The translations under genes and the position numbers were made by a program. Source: a virus (lineage: Duplodnaviria; Caudoviricetes). From it: a DNA stretch of 64,000 nucleotides. Below are positions 29,215 through 38,851 of this stretch, piece after piece. Under the pieces are notes generated by a model, which was given only the letters and a program-made list of their open reading frames with translations, was not told the origin of the DNA and ran no database searches. Numbering within the stretch: position 1 is the first letter of the stretch; every line of letters begins with the position of its first letter. The stretch covers positions 13,351 through 77,350 of IMG/VR virus record IMGVR_UViG_637000224_000001. One strand, written 5' to 3'.

Positions 29215-29426
29215 TGAGCGAATGGCGAGAACAGGGTTTCCGGAGCAAGGCCGGGGCCATTGCCTGGCTGGCGCTACTTATGGTTATTGGCGCCTCCGAC
29301 TCGGCTTGGCTGAGCGGAGGCTCATCCGGCCGCAAGCGGGTCTACAGTCCGGGTTTCGTCGTATTGTGCGTTTTCGTGGCTGTGGTTGAGCTGATAGCAC
29401 TGAATCACTTCTATGGTATGCGGTGA
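29211..29426 (+). CDS. Small two-TM membrane protein
   Basis: Coupled to lipoprotein, hydrophobic. Confidence 0.5.
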   Translation: MMSEWREQGFRSKAGAIAWLALLMVIGASDSAWLSGGSSGRKRVYSPGFVVLCVFVAVVELIALNHFYGMR

Positions 29427-29517
29427 GGTGAAGGCCGGGCAGATTGTGCGGGAAAAGGTTTGAGTAGGCAGCAAGATGTAATTGGGAGGCCCCTAGCGGT
29501 AAACCTCCCAGCGCCTC

Positions 29518-30552
29518 TTATGCGTCGATAAGCAGCTCGTCGTACTCACCGGCCGCCAAAGCATCCTCGTCGTATTTGTAGCCGAGCGATTCGATCTTCA
29601 GGCGCTTCTTATACAGCCCAAGCTCTTGCCGGGCATGACTTAGAGCCTCTTCCTTGATGTAATCCTCGTACCCACTGAATACCGGGTAGTCGTTAAATAT
29701 CAGCAGAGCATCAAGCTTTTCATGAAGCGAACTCATGGTCATAGGACGCTTAGTAAGGGCGGTGCTTTCGGCATAAAGCATGAACTGCTCCGAGAGCAAA
29801 TGGAGACGATACAGCTCTTCATTATTTAGGTAGTTCTTACCTGTCTTCGCTTCTTCCGCCGTGGGGTTTGTGCCCTTTATAGCTAGCATGCCCATATTTT
29901 CTAAATGGTGGTCCGCGCGATCAAGAATCAGCTTTGAGCTGGTCATGCCTGTGACTGCGTGGTGGAATTTGTCTTGCAACAAGGCGTAAAAGCTCCTTAC
30001 CTCCTTGGAGTTTGGGTCATAATCTGATGCGCAAATCTTGAAGCATTCTCTAACCTTGGCGTATACCTGCTTCTCTTCGGACCGGAGCGCCCGAACTGCG
30101 GCGGCCAGTTTGTTCAGCTTTTCAGGAGACTCACGCAGAGCCTTCTCGTTGATTACATACCCTTGCTCGATGTAGGTTCGCAGAGCCTGCGTAGCCCATT
30201 GCCGGAACGCAACAGCATTTTTGGCGTTGACTCGATAACCGACCGAGAGAATAGCATCCAGATTGTAGTGTTTTATGCTACGTTCGACGAAGCGGCCGCC
30301 CTCCCTTCGAACTACCGAGAAATCCTCGGTAGTTGCCTTTTCATCCAGCTCCCCAACAGCAAATATGTTTTTTAGGTGAAGTCCGACATTGTCTGCTGTG
30401 GTCTCAAACAGGTCTGCCATGTTTTGGGCGGTTGCCCACATTGCTTGCTGTCCAGGCTCGAACCTAAGCTTTACATTTGATCCATCGCGCACGAAAGAAA
30501 TTGTATTTTCGGCTGCCGCATCCTTACTACCAACATCTGCATCCTTTGACAT
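29518..30552 (-). CDS. RhuM-family protein
   Basis: Start re-called at ATG 30552; MADLF...LHLKNIF...YNLDAILSVGYRVN...FRQWAT. Confidence 0.85.
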   Translation of the reverse strand: MSKDADVGSKDAAAENTISFVRDGSNVKLRFEPGQQAMWATAQNMADLFETTADNVGLHLKNIFAVGELDEKATTEDFSVVRREGGRFVERSIKHYNLDAILSVGYRVNAKNAVAFRQWATQALRTYIEQGYVINEKALRESPEKLNKLAAAVRALRSEEKQVYAKVRECFKICASDYDPNSKEVRSFYALLQDKFHHAVTGMTSSKLILDRADHHLENMGMLAIKGTNPTAEEAKTGKNYLNNEELYRLHLLSEQFMLYAESTALTKRPMTMSSLHEKLDALLIFNDYPVFSGYEDYIKEEALSHARQELGLYKKRLKIESLGYKYDEDALAAGEYDELLIDA

Positions 30553-30653
30553 CTCATACCCTCGGTACGCTAGGCCGGGTTCGGCGAGGTGCCAGTTTGC
30601 CACCAAATGGACCGCCATGCCCGCTACCGTCCCTAGCGCCGGGCTTTTTCGTT

Positions 30654-30926
30654 CTACCCCTTGCACGCCCTCTGCTGCTGATCAGACGCAAGCCGTCTCA
30701 GCCTCATCTCCCCTTTCACCTCAAGTACGAGCCCGACGATATCCCGGATCGTAACCAGTGCAGCAGTATCGATGCCTGTGACGGTGAACGCCTCCGCCTC
30801 GCTGCTCGTGTCGAACACCTGGATCGTCATTGACGCGTCAGGCGCGATCACGCACACGCACTTCATTGGCAAAAACGCTGCCTCTATGCAAGGCCTCAGA
30901 TCCATTTGGGAATTCATTCGGTCCAT
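30654..30926 (-). CDS. DUF1652-like small protein
   Basis: IEAAFLPMKCVC...MTIQV. Confidence 0.6.
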   Translation of the reverse strand: MDRMNSQMDLRPCIEAAFLPMKCVCVIAPDASMTIQVFDTSSEAEAFTVTGIDTAALVTIRDIVGLVLEVKGEMRLRRLASDQQQRACKG

Positions 30927-31067
30927 CCTGGTTGCAAGCCAGGAGAATTCCTGAGGCCTACGTTGCGCCGAGTGTAGTTGGGATATTGGATAGTGCTGGC
31001 GTTATGCCCGATCCACCCTAAATGACCTCCTGGCCCTCGCGCAGCCCGCCCTTCCTGATCCGACCTG

Positions 31068-31091
31068 ACCCGCCACTGAGCGGGGTTTTTT
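31068..31091 (+). terminator. Intrinsic terminator-like hairpin before PL
   Basis: ACCCGC-CACTGA-GCGGG followed by T7. Confidence 0.55.
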
Positions 31092-31109
31092 ATAGACTCG
31101 AAAAATAAT

Positions 31110-31148
31110 ATAAGCATGCTTATTGACCAGAAAGATAAGTGGGCTTAT
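31110..31148. promoter_or_regulatory. OL operators, 2 x ATAAG-N4-CTTAT (PL region)
   Basis: ATAAGCATGCTTAT 31110-31123 identical to the OR copy at 27863; ATAAGTGGGCTTAT 31135-31148; TTGACC adjacent. Confidence 0.85.
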
Positions 31149-31519
31149 ATTTTGCTCATCGAGACGCGAAACAGCCCCTCAACAGGCCCAGCGGATCGAT
31201 CCGCTCTTTAACAGCCCGCGCAACAAGCAACAGACCGCATTGCCTCTACCGGCGACCGGCGATCAGACAGCCCCGAAAGGCTGCCCACGACAGGGAGAAC
31301 TCTGTACGGCTGACGATGGCGAAACGCCAGAACCGAGTGAATGACCTGGCAAGCAATGCGCCCCGCGAATCCCAGCGGCAGAAGGGAGAGACAACTACCG
31401 CTTACGCAGCAAGCCGCGACCGACGCCAGTAGCGGGTCGCGGTGCAACACCGGATTTCACTGGCTGGCCTTGGCGACAGGGCCAGACGGGAAATCACCAT
31501 ATCCAGCAAGGAGCATCAA

Positions 31520-32299
31520 ATGACCGAGCAAACCCTTCAGCAACTGCTGGCCGAGCGCGTCAGCACCTACGCCCTATCAGATCGCCCTCGCGAGCTGATC
31601 GATGAAGGCATCGACAAGATGTTTAAAAGTGTCGTCGAGGATGCTTTCAGGTCCTACGGCACCATCGGTGAGTCAATCAAAGCGGCGGTAAAAGAAGCCT
31701 TTCCGGCAAATGTCACCGACATGTTCGAGCTTCAACGCTACAACGCTTTGATCGCCAATGCATTGCGCGAGCGCTGGGAGGCTGCCGGTATGGAGTCGGC
31801 AATCATGAAACAGGCCGACGCATCCATCACCGAGGTTCTGACCGGTGACGGCCTGCTCACAGGTGAGATTTCGCTCAAGGATTTACTCGAAGCGTTCATT
31901 GATGAGCACAAGGAAGAGGCCGCTGAAGAGCGGTGGAGCGCGCCTGAGATTCGCATCACTGAAGATGACAGCCATTCTCGCAAGTTCTACCACGTTTACT
32001 TCGACGCGCAGCCCGAGGGTGGCAACCGGTACAGCTTCAGCAATGAACGACGCGGCGATTACGGCCTGAAGCACAACCTGCATGTCATGGTTGAGGGCGA
32101 GCGGGAGACTGGCGACCGCTGGAGGCCGAAGGTTGAATTCGGGAAGGTATACAGCGCCCAGCTCGACGAAAAGAAAATCTCGGTGAAGATGGAACTGCGC
32201 ACGAAATGGGAGCGGATTCTTGCTTCGCTTTATTTTGGCGATGCCGTCCTGTTGATCGATTGCGAGGAAAGCGATTTCTCGTACGGCTTCGACGACTGA
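31520..32299 (+). CDS. Hypothetical early protein
   Basis: AAGGAG RBS, ATG 31520, 259 aa. Confidence 0.75.
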   Translation: MTEQTLQQLLAERVSTYALSDRPRELIDEGIDKMFKSVVEDAFRSYGTIGESIKAAVKEAFPANVTDMFELQRYNALIANALRERWEAAGMESAIMKQADASITEVLTGDGLLTGEISLKDLLEAFIDEHKEEAAEERWSAPEIRITEDDSHSRKFYHVYFDAQPEGGNRYSFSNERRGDYGLKHNLHVMVEGERETGDRWRPKVEFGKVYSAQLDEKKISVKMELRTKWERILASLYFGDAVLLIDCEESDFSYGFDD

Positions 32300-32359
32300 A
32301 CAACCAGCGCCAGCGTCAGCCTGACGAAAACTGCCCGATCCCTGTCATAGCGCCAGGCT

Positions 32360-32490
32360 GCATCGGAGTGTGATCTGCAGCGGAGCAAGGCACCTGACTC
32401 GTAATCAGGCGAGCCACTGAGCACCGTCGACATAGCGCGGCGGCAGGCAATGCCAGAGGTGACGACCTCGCGTAGATCACACCCCGATGC
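32360..32490 (+). ncRNA. Candidate structured RNA element
   Basis: 19-bp closing stem GCATCGGAGTGTGATCTGC / GTAGATCACACCCCGATGC enclosing hairpins; 5' arm recurs at about 48761-48818. Confidence 0.45.
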
Positions 32491-32830
32491 GGATGAGTAC
32501 ATACCGCGAAAGCGGCCCCCTGCGTCAACCCTTGGGAATCAACACGGCGGTGCAAGTCCGCGCTGGAGACGTAACCAGCAAAGCAGATGCGGCGTTGAAA
32601 GCTGGGTTGAACGCTTCGGCGGCCCTGGAGAAACGCGGTTAAAAGGCACCAGCTTTGGCTGATTGCTCCTCCGAGCGGTCGTGCCGAAAGGCTCCGCTCT
32701 CGCCGGATTCGCGCCCGGCCATCTGCCCCCCTCCATCCCGCGAACCTCTCCGACTGAACCCTCTCCGGTGCCTGTATGGCCTATATCCGTTCTTGAGTGT
32801 TCAGTCGAAGAGGTTCACTGCTCAAGGAGC

Positions 32831-33130
32831 ATGAAGATCATGGCTCGAACCAAATACACAGTTGAAAAGGTTCTGTATTTCGCCAATCAGAAAAGCGCGC
32901 TCCACGTCGGACCGAACGAAGAGAAGATCGATTCGGACCTATACCGGACGGTTCAAGCTCTCGTTGAGAAAGGCGACATTCACCTGTGTGGGACAGACGA
33001 CTCTGGCGAGTATTTCAAAACCACCAAGTCAGGCGAAATTCATCTTCTGAAATTGCAGATCGCATGGCGCAAATCTCATCAGAAAGACGTCGCCGACCAC
33101 CAGGCGGCACTTACCTTGCTCACCGCATAG
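32831..33130 (+). CDS. Hypothetical protein
   Basis: AAGGAG RBS, ATG 32831, 99 aa. Confidence 0.65.
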   Translation: MKIMARTKYTVEKVLYFANQKSALHVGPNEEKIDSDLYRTVQALVEKGDIHLCGTDDSGEYFKTTKSGEIHLLKLQIAWRKSHQKDVADHQAALTLLTA

Positions 33131-33150
33131 CCCAGCCCCTGGAGACGACC

Positions 33151-33558
33151 ATGAACGCAGCAGCAAAGGTGTTGCCTCTTGCGGGCGCGTCAGTAAAGCA
33201 ACTGACGCCCGCCGAACGATTTTGGGTTGCCAACAGTGCGCACGCTCTGCTCCACGGAGACGACATCAAGTTCAAGCGACGCCTGCAGGAGCCCCAAGGC
33301 GTCACGTTCGAACGCTTCCTGATTGCTGTCGATGAGTTCGCCATGGAGAAGCTCGGCGCATCTGGTGCGAGCCAGTCAGCGCTGGGGCGACTGGTCTACA
33401 TGGCCAAGTTCGGTTCGCCCGCCTGCGCCAGAGAGGCCGCAGACGCCGTGTTGAACTGCCCCAACCCCAAAGACGCTCTGTTCGAAATCGCAGAGGGACT
33501 TTTGCGGCCTTTGGCGGCAGACGGAGTGATCGCCCAGCGCGAGGATGGAGAACTGTGA
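33151..33558 (+). CDS. Hypothetical phage protein
   Basis: GGAG RBS, ATG 33151. Confidence 0.7.
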   Translation: MNAAAKVLPLAGASVKQLTPAERFWVANSAHALLHGDDIKFKRRLQEPQGVTFERFLIAVDEFAMEKLGASGASQSALGRLVYMAKFGSPACAREAADAVLNCPNPKDALFEIAEGLLRPLAADGVIAQREDGEL

Positions 33559-33746
33559 GCCCGCACATCCTGATCGACGAGGCGCTCGAAACCCTCAAGC
33601 ACCCCGCCAGCACACGCGGCGAGGTTGTTCTGGTCCAGCGCATGATCACCAAGATGATGACCGACGAGCTCATCACCCTTGAAGAGTTTTCCCACTACTG
33701 CAGTCGCCTGCTGAGGCACTGCCAACAGCGCAAGGAGGCGGCATGA
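33555..33746 (+). CDS. Hypothetical phage protein
   Basis: Coupled GTGA start, 63 aa. Confidence 0.65.
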   Translation: MSPHILIDEALETLKHPASTRGEVVLVQRMITKMMTDELITLEEFSHYCSRLLRHCQQRKEAA

Positions 33747-33913
33747 GCCAGCCAATCGTTAAATCCCTCATCGATGAGCAACTTGACGAGGTGAAAGCCC
33801 GCGCCCAGGTTCGGGGAACGATCACCTATCCAGTCGGCATGCGAGTTGCTGACCTGCCCTACCCGATCAAAGCTGACTGGCTCAAGCGTCGGCCGGTGGG
33901 TGCACGGTTATGA
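33743..33913 (+). CDS. Small hypothetical protein (56 aa)
   Basis: Manual translation MSQPIVKSLIDEQLDE...; GGAGG RBS, ATGA coupling. Confidence 0.6.
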   Translation: MSQPIVKSLIDEQLDEVKARAQVRGTITYPVGMRVADLPYPIKADWLKRRPVGARL

Positions 33914-34026
33914 CCCGCAAGCAACGTCAGTTGCGCATCTACACCTGGCGAGGCTCATTCGTCGCTCTGGCCCTCGCAACCGCTTGGATGCTTGCCAGCG
34001 CCTACGCATCGCACATCACTCAGTAA
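33910..34026 (+). CDS. Small TM peptide (38 aa)
   Basis: Manual translation MTRKQRQLRIYTWRGSFVALALATAWMLASAYASHITQ, ATGA coupling. Confidence 0.55.
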   Translation: MTRKQRQLRIYTWRGSFVALALATAWMLASAYASHITQ

Positions 34027-34075
34027 GCCCATTTTTATCCAATCGCAGCGCCCGCATGGAGCGCGAGGATTTCCT

Positions 34076-34963
34076 ATGTCCGCAAGAAACGTTGCGTCCG
34101 TATCGCACGATCAAAATTTGCATGTGCTTCCGCATGCGGCCACCTCGACCAGCGCCTTGGTCCTAGACGGCGACAGCCTGGACAAGATGATGCGCCTGGC
34201 CGAGGTCATGGCGACCGGGCGAGCAACTCTGCCGAAGCACTTCAACGGCAACTCCGCCGATTGCCTGGCCGTCGTCATGCAGGCCATGCAGTGGAGGATG
34301 AACCCGTTTGCCGTCGCACAGAAAACCCATCTGGTGAATGGCGTGCTCGGTTACGAGGCGCAGCTGGTCAACGCCGTGATTACAACCTGCGCACCTGTCG
34401 TGGATCGCTTGCACTACGAGTGGTACGGCAACTGGGAAAAGGTCATCGGCAAGTTTGTGATCAAAAACAGCGACAAGGGTGAGTACCGGCAGCCAGGCTG
34501 GAAGCTTGCCGACGAGGAAGGCCTGGGCGTGAAGGTTTGGGCGACATTCCGCGGAGAAGACGAGCCCAGGGTGTTGGAGCTGCTACTGGCCCAGGCGCGT
34601 ACACGCAACAGCACGCTCTGGGCCGACGATCCTCGCCAGCAGCTCGCGTACCTGGCAACCAAACGCTGGTCCCGCCTCTACTGCCCGGACGTGATTCTGG
34701 GGGTTTACAGCCCAGATGAGCTGGAGGAAAGCACCCCTCGGTACCGTGATGTTTCCCCACAGCCGGAGCAGCAAGGGTCCGAGCTTCCCGCCTACGAGGA
34801 CGAAAAGTTCAAAACGATGTTTCCCAAATGGCAGGAGGGAATCGACACCGGAAAGACCGACACCGAAAGCCTGATCGCCTTCTTGGAATCGAAATACACC
34901 CTCAGTGCCGATCAGATCGACCGAATCAACCAGATGGCTCCTATCGCCGGAGAAACCGCATGA
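34076..34963 (+). CDS. recT: RecT-family ssDNA annealing protein
   Basis: Start ATG 34076; DCLAVVMQAMQWRMNPFAVAQKTHLVNGVLGYEAQLV, GVYSPDEL. Confidence 0.88.
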   Translation: MSARNVASVSHDQNLHVLPHAATSTSALVLDGDSLDKMMRLAEVMATGRATLPKHFNGNSADCLAVVMQAMQWRMNPFAVAQKTHLVNGVLGYEAQLVNAVITTCAPVVDRLHYEWYGNWEKVIGKFVIKNSDKGEYRQPGWKLADEEGLGVKVWATFRGEDEPRVLELLLAQARTRNSTLWADDPRQQLAYLATKRWSRLYCPDVILGVYSPDELEESTPRYRDVSPQPEQQGSELPAYEDEKFKTMFPKWQEGIDTGKTDTESLIAFLESKYTLSADQIDRINQMAPIAGETA

Positions 34964-36621
34964 AGACGCATAAAGTCACCCAGGGCAGTGCCGAATGGCA
35001 CGCGCTCCGCGCCAACTATCGCACCGCGTCTGAAGCACCGGTTATGATGGGCGCATCCAAGCAGATGAAGCGCACCGAGCTGCTTCATGCCAAGAAGACC
35101 GGGCTCGACCGGGACATTTCGTGGTGGGTCCAGAAGTACTTGTTCGACAAGGGTCACGAAGCCGAAGCGCTGGCGCGACCAATTCTCGAAGGTCGAATCG
35201 GCGAAGACCTGTTCCCGGTTGTGGGCACCGAAGGTGACCTGCTGGCCTCCCTCGACGGCTGCACAATGATGGGCGAGATCGTTTTCGAGCACAAAATGTG
35301 GAACGAGCAGCTCGCCGCCGACGTGCGTGCGGGCGATCTGGATGCGCATTACTACTGGCAGCTGGAGCAGCAACTGCTGGTGTCAGGTGCTGAGAAAGTG
35401 ATTTTCGTTTGCTCGGACGGGACCGAAGACAACTTCGTCTCGATGGAGTACTTCCCGGTGAACGGTCGGGCGGCGAAACTGGTCGCCGGCTGGAAACAGT
35501 TCGAAGTCGACCTTGAAGCGTATGAGCCAACTGAGGCCGTGGTGGAGGCAGTTGGGAAGACTCCGGACGCGCTGCCAGCGCTGCGCATCGAAGTAACCGG
35601 AATGGTCACTGCGAGCAACCTGGAGCAGTTCAAGGCCCATTCGCTGGCCGTGTTTTCGGCGATCAACACTGACCTGCAGACCGACCAGCACTTCGCTGAT
35701 GCAGAGAAAACAGTGAAGTGGTGTGGCGAGGTCGAGGAGCGCCTGGAAGCAGCCAAGCAACATGCGCTGAGCCAGACGGAAACCATCGACGCCCTCTTCC
35801 GCACCATCGACGAAATATCGGAGCAGGCCCGTCGCAAACGGCTTGAGCTGGACAAACTGGTGAAAGCTCGCAAGGTGGCCATTCGCGAAGAGATCGTTCT
35901 GAAAGCGAAAGCAGCGCTGCGTGATCATCTGGACAAGATCAACACCTCGTTCGGCGGCAAGGTGCGGCTGCCGGAGATCCCCGCGGACTTCGCCGGCGCG
36001 ATCAAAGGCAAAAAAAATATCGCCAGTCTGCGTGACGCCGCCGACTCTGAACTGGCCCGGGCCAAGATCGAGGCCAGCCAGATCGGCGACGGTATCCGCG
36101 CCAACTTGGAAAGCTTGCGCTCGCTCGCCGTGGATCATGCGTTTCTGTTCAACGATGCTCAGCAGATCGTGCTCAAGAACAATGACGACCTGGTGGCCCT
36201 CATCAAGGTGCGGATCAACGAGCACAAGCAGGCCGAGGAAGCGAAAGAGCTGGCGCAGCGTGAACGTATTCGTGCTGAAGAATCAGCGAAGCTTGCGGCT
36301 GCCGCCGAAGCGGAACAAGTTGCCGAAGCGGAAAAGGCAACAGCCAACGCGCCCGCGCCGCAAGCTGCTGAGGCATCCAAACCAGTCGAACAACCAGCTC
36401 CGAGAATGTCGGCCGTCACCCCATCTGCGAAGGTGCCGCCCAAGCCTACAAAGCTCGAAGCGAACGTCACCGACCTTCATGCGCTGGTAAAAGCCGTCTA
36501 CGAAGGTCGTGCGCCGATATCGGTCCTCACAGTGAACTGGGGCGCGCTGGACGACCTTGTCCACATTCAAGGCGCTGACTTCCAAATGGACGGAGTAACC
36601 ATCACGCAGGTGGCAGCATGA
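34960..36621 (+). CDS. YqaJ-like (lambda Exo family) exonuclease with long coiled-coil C-terminus
   Basis: Start ATG 34960; QGSAEW...TASE, GHEAE, LASLDG, EHK, YYWQLEQQL. Confidence 0.9.
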   Translation: MKTHKVTQGSAEWHALRANYRTASEAPVMMGASKQMKRTELLHAKKTGLDRDISWWVQKYLFDKGHEAEALARPILEGRIGEDLFPVVGTEGDLLASLDGCTMMGEIVFEHKMWNEQLAADVRAGDLDAHYYWQLEQQLLVSGAEKVIFVCSDGTEDNFVSMEYFPVNGRAAKLVAGWKQFEVDLEAYEPTEAVVEAVGKTPDALPALRIEVTGMVTASNLEQFKAHSLAVFSAINTDLQTDQHFADAEKTVKWCGEVEERLEAAKQHALSQTETIDALFRTIDEISEQARRKRLELDKLVKARKVAIREEIVLKAKAALRDHLDKINTSFGGKVRLPEIPADFAGAIKGKKNIASLRDAADSELARAKIEASQIGDGIRANLESLRSLAVDHAFLFNDAQQIVLKNNDDLVALIKVRINEHKQAEEAKELAQRERIRAEESAKLAAAAEAEQVAEAEKATANAPAPQAAEASKPVEQPAPRMSAVTPSAKVPPKPTKLEANVTDLHALVKAVYEGRAPISVLTVNWGALDDLVHIQGADFQMDGVTITQVAA

Positions 36622-36980
36622 TGACTACCGAGCTGAGCGCCATCCTGCGCAACAGTGCCAAATCATCCGAGCTGGCCGCCGCGGTTAGAGAATTCCAGCG
36701 CAGCGGTGGCACGGTATGCGACCTTGGCTCATGCAGGATCGCGCCCCGCCCACCTCGTAAAGAGCCGCCGCCCCGGCAGACACGTTACAACGGTGCGGAT
36801 CACCGGAAATATGTCGAGGAAGAGGAAGACCTGAAACTGCTTGAGCGCATCAAGGCGATGCGCGATCTGGGCGTCAGCCACTTCCAGGCCGAGAAGCAGA
36901 CCGGGATCAATCGAACCACCATCAGGCGGATCGTTCAGAAGTACGGCATGGACTACCCCAGCAGCAGCCGGGCGAAATGA
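36618..36980 (+). CDS. Hypothetical protein with C-terminal HTH
   Basis: GVSHFQAEKQTGINRTTIRRI; paralog at 63016. Confidence 0.7.
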   Translation: MMTTELSAILRNSAKSSELAAAVREFQRSGGTVCDLGSCRIAPRPPRKEPPPRQTRYNGADHRKYVEEEEDLKLLERIKAMRDLGVSHFQAEKQTGINRTTIRRIVQKYGMDYPSSSRAK

Positions 36981-37061
36981 AGCGCCTGCAAATGCGCGTC
37001 CGCCACGGCAGACGCCAGCAACACATTCACTTGCCGCCCAGCGGCTACACGGAGCTGATAA

Positions 37062-37445
37062 ATGGCCCTGACCCAGAAACAGCGGGACGAGAGGACGGCG
37101 CTCAAGCGGCAGAAGGCCGGGGAAGAGGAATTGCGGCTCAGGGTGCGGCCCGGAACGAAGCAGGCCCTGAGTGAGCTGATGGAGTGGGCAGGCATCGAGG
37201 AGCAGGGAGAGGCGCTGACCCTGATGATTCACCACCTGCATGCGCTGGGGCCTGGCGGCGCGCTGCCCATGCTTGAGGTTCCGCGCCACGAAATCACAGT
37301 GTCGAATATCGTGGCGTTGGAGTTTCACCGCAAGAGCATGCTGATGATTCATCAGGATCCGGGGTGTGAAATCATTTCGCCAGCAATGGAAGCAAATCGC
37401 CTTTGTAGCGATGCACATTCAATGCTCCATGATGGCGAACATTGA
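37062..37445 (+). CDS. Hypothetical phage protein
   Basis: Paralog at 63457 (EELR.RVRPG, PRHEI). Confidence 0.7.
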   Translation: MALTQKQRDERTALKRQKAGEEELRLRVRPGTKQALSELMEWAGIEEQGEALTLMIHHLHALGPGGALPMLEVPRHEITVSNIVALEFHRKSMLMIHQDPGCEIISPAMEANRLCSDAHSMLHDGEH

Positions 37446-37665
37446 TACAGCCCGCTGGTACCATAAATATCCGTCCTTTCTCATTAAAGAGACCACCTTC
37501 GATCAGAGATCTAAGCGTCTTTTCATCAATGCCCTCAAATGATTTGTTATCGGCCTCAAGTGTGAAGCTAAAGAGCCCTTTCTTCGGCCCTCTCTGAAAC
37601 TTGTATGGATGGCAGACCAAGCCAGCCTCGTTGAGGCCGATCACATCCTCAATGACTTCAAGCAT
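37372..37665 (-). CDS. Antisense cargo, hypothetical protein
   Basis: 97 aa, preceded by leftward promoter-like element at 37699-37727. Confidence 0.6.
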   Translation of the reverse strand: MLEVIEDVIGLNEAGLVCHPYKFQRGPKKGLFSFTLEADNKSFEGIDEKTLRSLIEGGLFNEKGRIFMVPAGCINVRHHGALNVHRYKGDLLPLLAK

Positions 37666-37972
37666 TTTTAAATCCTCAAGACCCCATGCCGGTCACCCGT
37701 AATACCCCATCCCCAGCCAATTTGCCACCGCCGGATACGGAGACGGCGAATGCAATGGAGATTGACATCAAGTTCGAAGAAAGCGTCATCACAAAGTTGT
37801 TGATATCTGGCGCCCTCTACCTAGATCCCGTAACGTTTTACTTTAAGGCTTCAATCGTCTTAAATGGACGACTGAGTATGCCTCGGCTAAAAGTTGCAGT
37901 CACCGGCCAAGATGACGGCTAGCACGCGCGACAAAAGAGCTGAGTGCTTGCTATAAATCAGCCAAATCTATA

Positions 37973-38755
37973 TCAACGTTTAAAGTCTGGTATGACGAGC
38001 CTATAATGCCGATCATGCATTTTAGCCTTATAAAGTTCGACGCGCGCATTCCACTTCTTATTGAATGCCTTTACAGCATTTTTAAGCAACTTAAGATGAG
38101 CATCAGATATATTCACCCCTGCAATGACACTTTTTAGAATTCTAGGCTCAAATTCTTGAGCACTAGCACCGTTAACAAAATCAATTACGCGCTCTTCCTC
38201 TTCATAACTCCACTCCGTACTTTTTGCCATGAATATCTTTTCTACTTCGTCCTCCATACGGTCAGACCACATATTAACTGTAGGTCTTTCAGTACTATAC
38301 CGTACAGGAAAAGAGACCAGATGAGAGTCATCTCTAGAACTTTTATCACGCGGAAGCCAATCTTGCTGAAAAAATTCTACAACGAACCCCGTATGATGCT
38401 TAGCATAGTGGGCCCACATCAACACATGCCAAGGAGACCTCGACAATGAAAGAACGCCCACATTTCTCATTGATTTAGCTTGAAAGGTTCCATCTTTAAA
38501 TGCGGACTCAATCCGATTCAGCCCCTCCTGTTTTCTCTTGATTTTATCTGCGGGACTACCCGATCCATCTGCAAACCTAAATAGATCAGGACGACTCTTG
38601 ATCGGATCCCGATTTGTCACGTAGCAGGGATTACAATCGAAAGGGTCGTTGAAAGCAGATGGCGCTGAAAACTTTATTTTATTTTCAGTTAATATTTTCA
38701 AAACATTCAACTCTTCGTCGAATGCTACATACTTATATAAATATTTACCTGACAC
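37973..38755 (-). CDS. DUF2971-family protein (cargo)
   Basis: LYKY, FNDPFD, LSLS, LMWAHYAKHHTG, VRY, KSTEWSYEEEER. Confidence 0.85.
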   Translation of the reverse strand: MSGKYLYKYVAFDEELNVLKILTENKIKFSAPSAFNDPFDCNPCYVTNRDPIKSRPDLFRFADGSGSPADKIKRKQEGLNRIESAFKDGTFQAKSMRNVGVLSLSRSPWHVLMWAHYAKHHTGFVVEFFQQDWLPRDKSSRDDSHLVSFPVRYSTERPTVNMWSDRMEDEVEKIFMAKSTEWSYEEEERVIDFVNGASAQEFEPRILKSVIAGVNISDAHLKLLKNAVKAFNKKWNARVELYKAKMHDRHYRLVIPDFKR

Positions 38756-38851
38756 GCTCCAGCCTCCTGACGTTGATCTCCTGATTTAAACGTACATCCA
38801 GTCAAATTGCCACTATCCGATTCGACTTGTGGCGCAAACTTGGAATTCGAT

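Noticed and set aside
32380-32440. Complete tRNA-Thr(CGT)
   Set aside because: The anticodon arm is not followed by a T-arm and acceptor stem at tRNA spacing; kept only as a mimic candidate
36009-36019. A-run slippery heptamer (A AAA AAT) in yqaJ, present in all three copies
   Set aside because: Explained by Lys-Lys-Asn codons and shared ancestry; no supported alternative-frame product
37686-37922. 78-aa ORF as a real gene
   Set aside because: Begins inside the conserved leader shared with 53660 and runs into unrelated sequence; more likely a remnant
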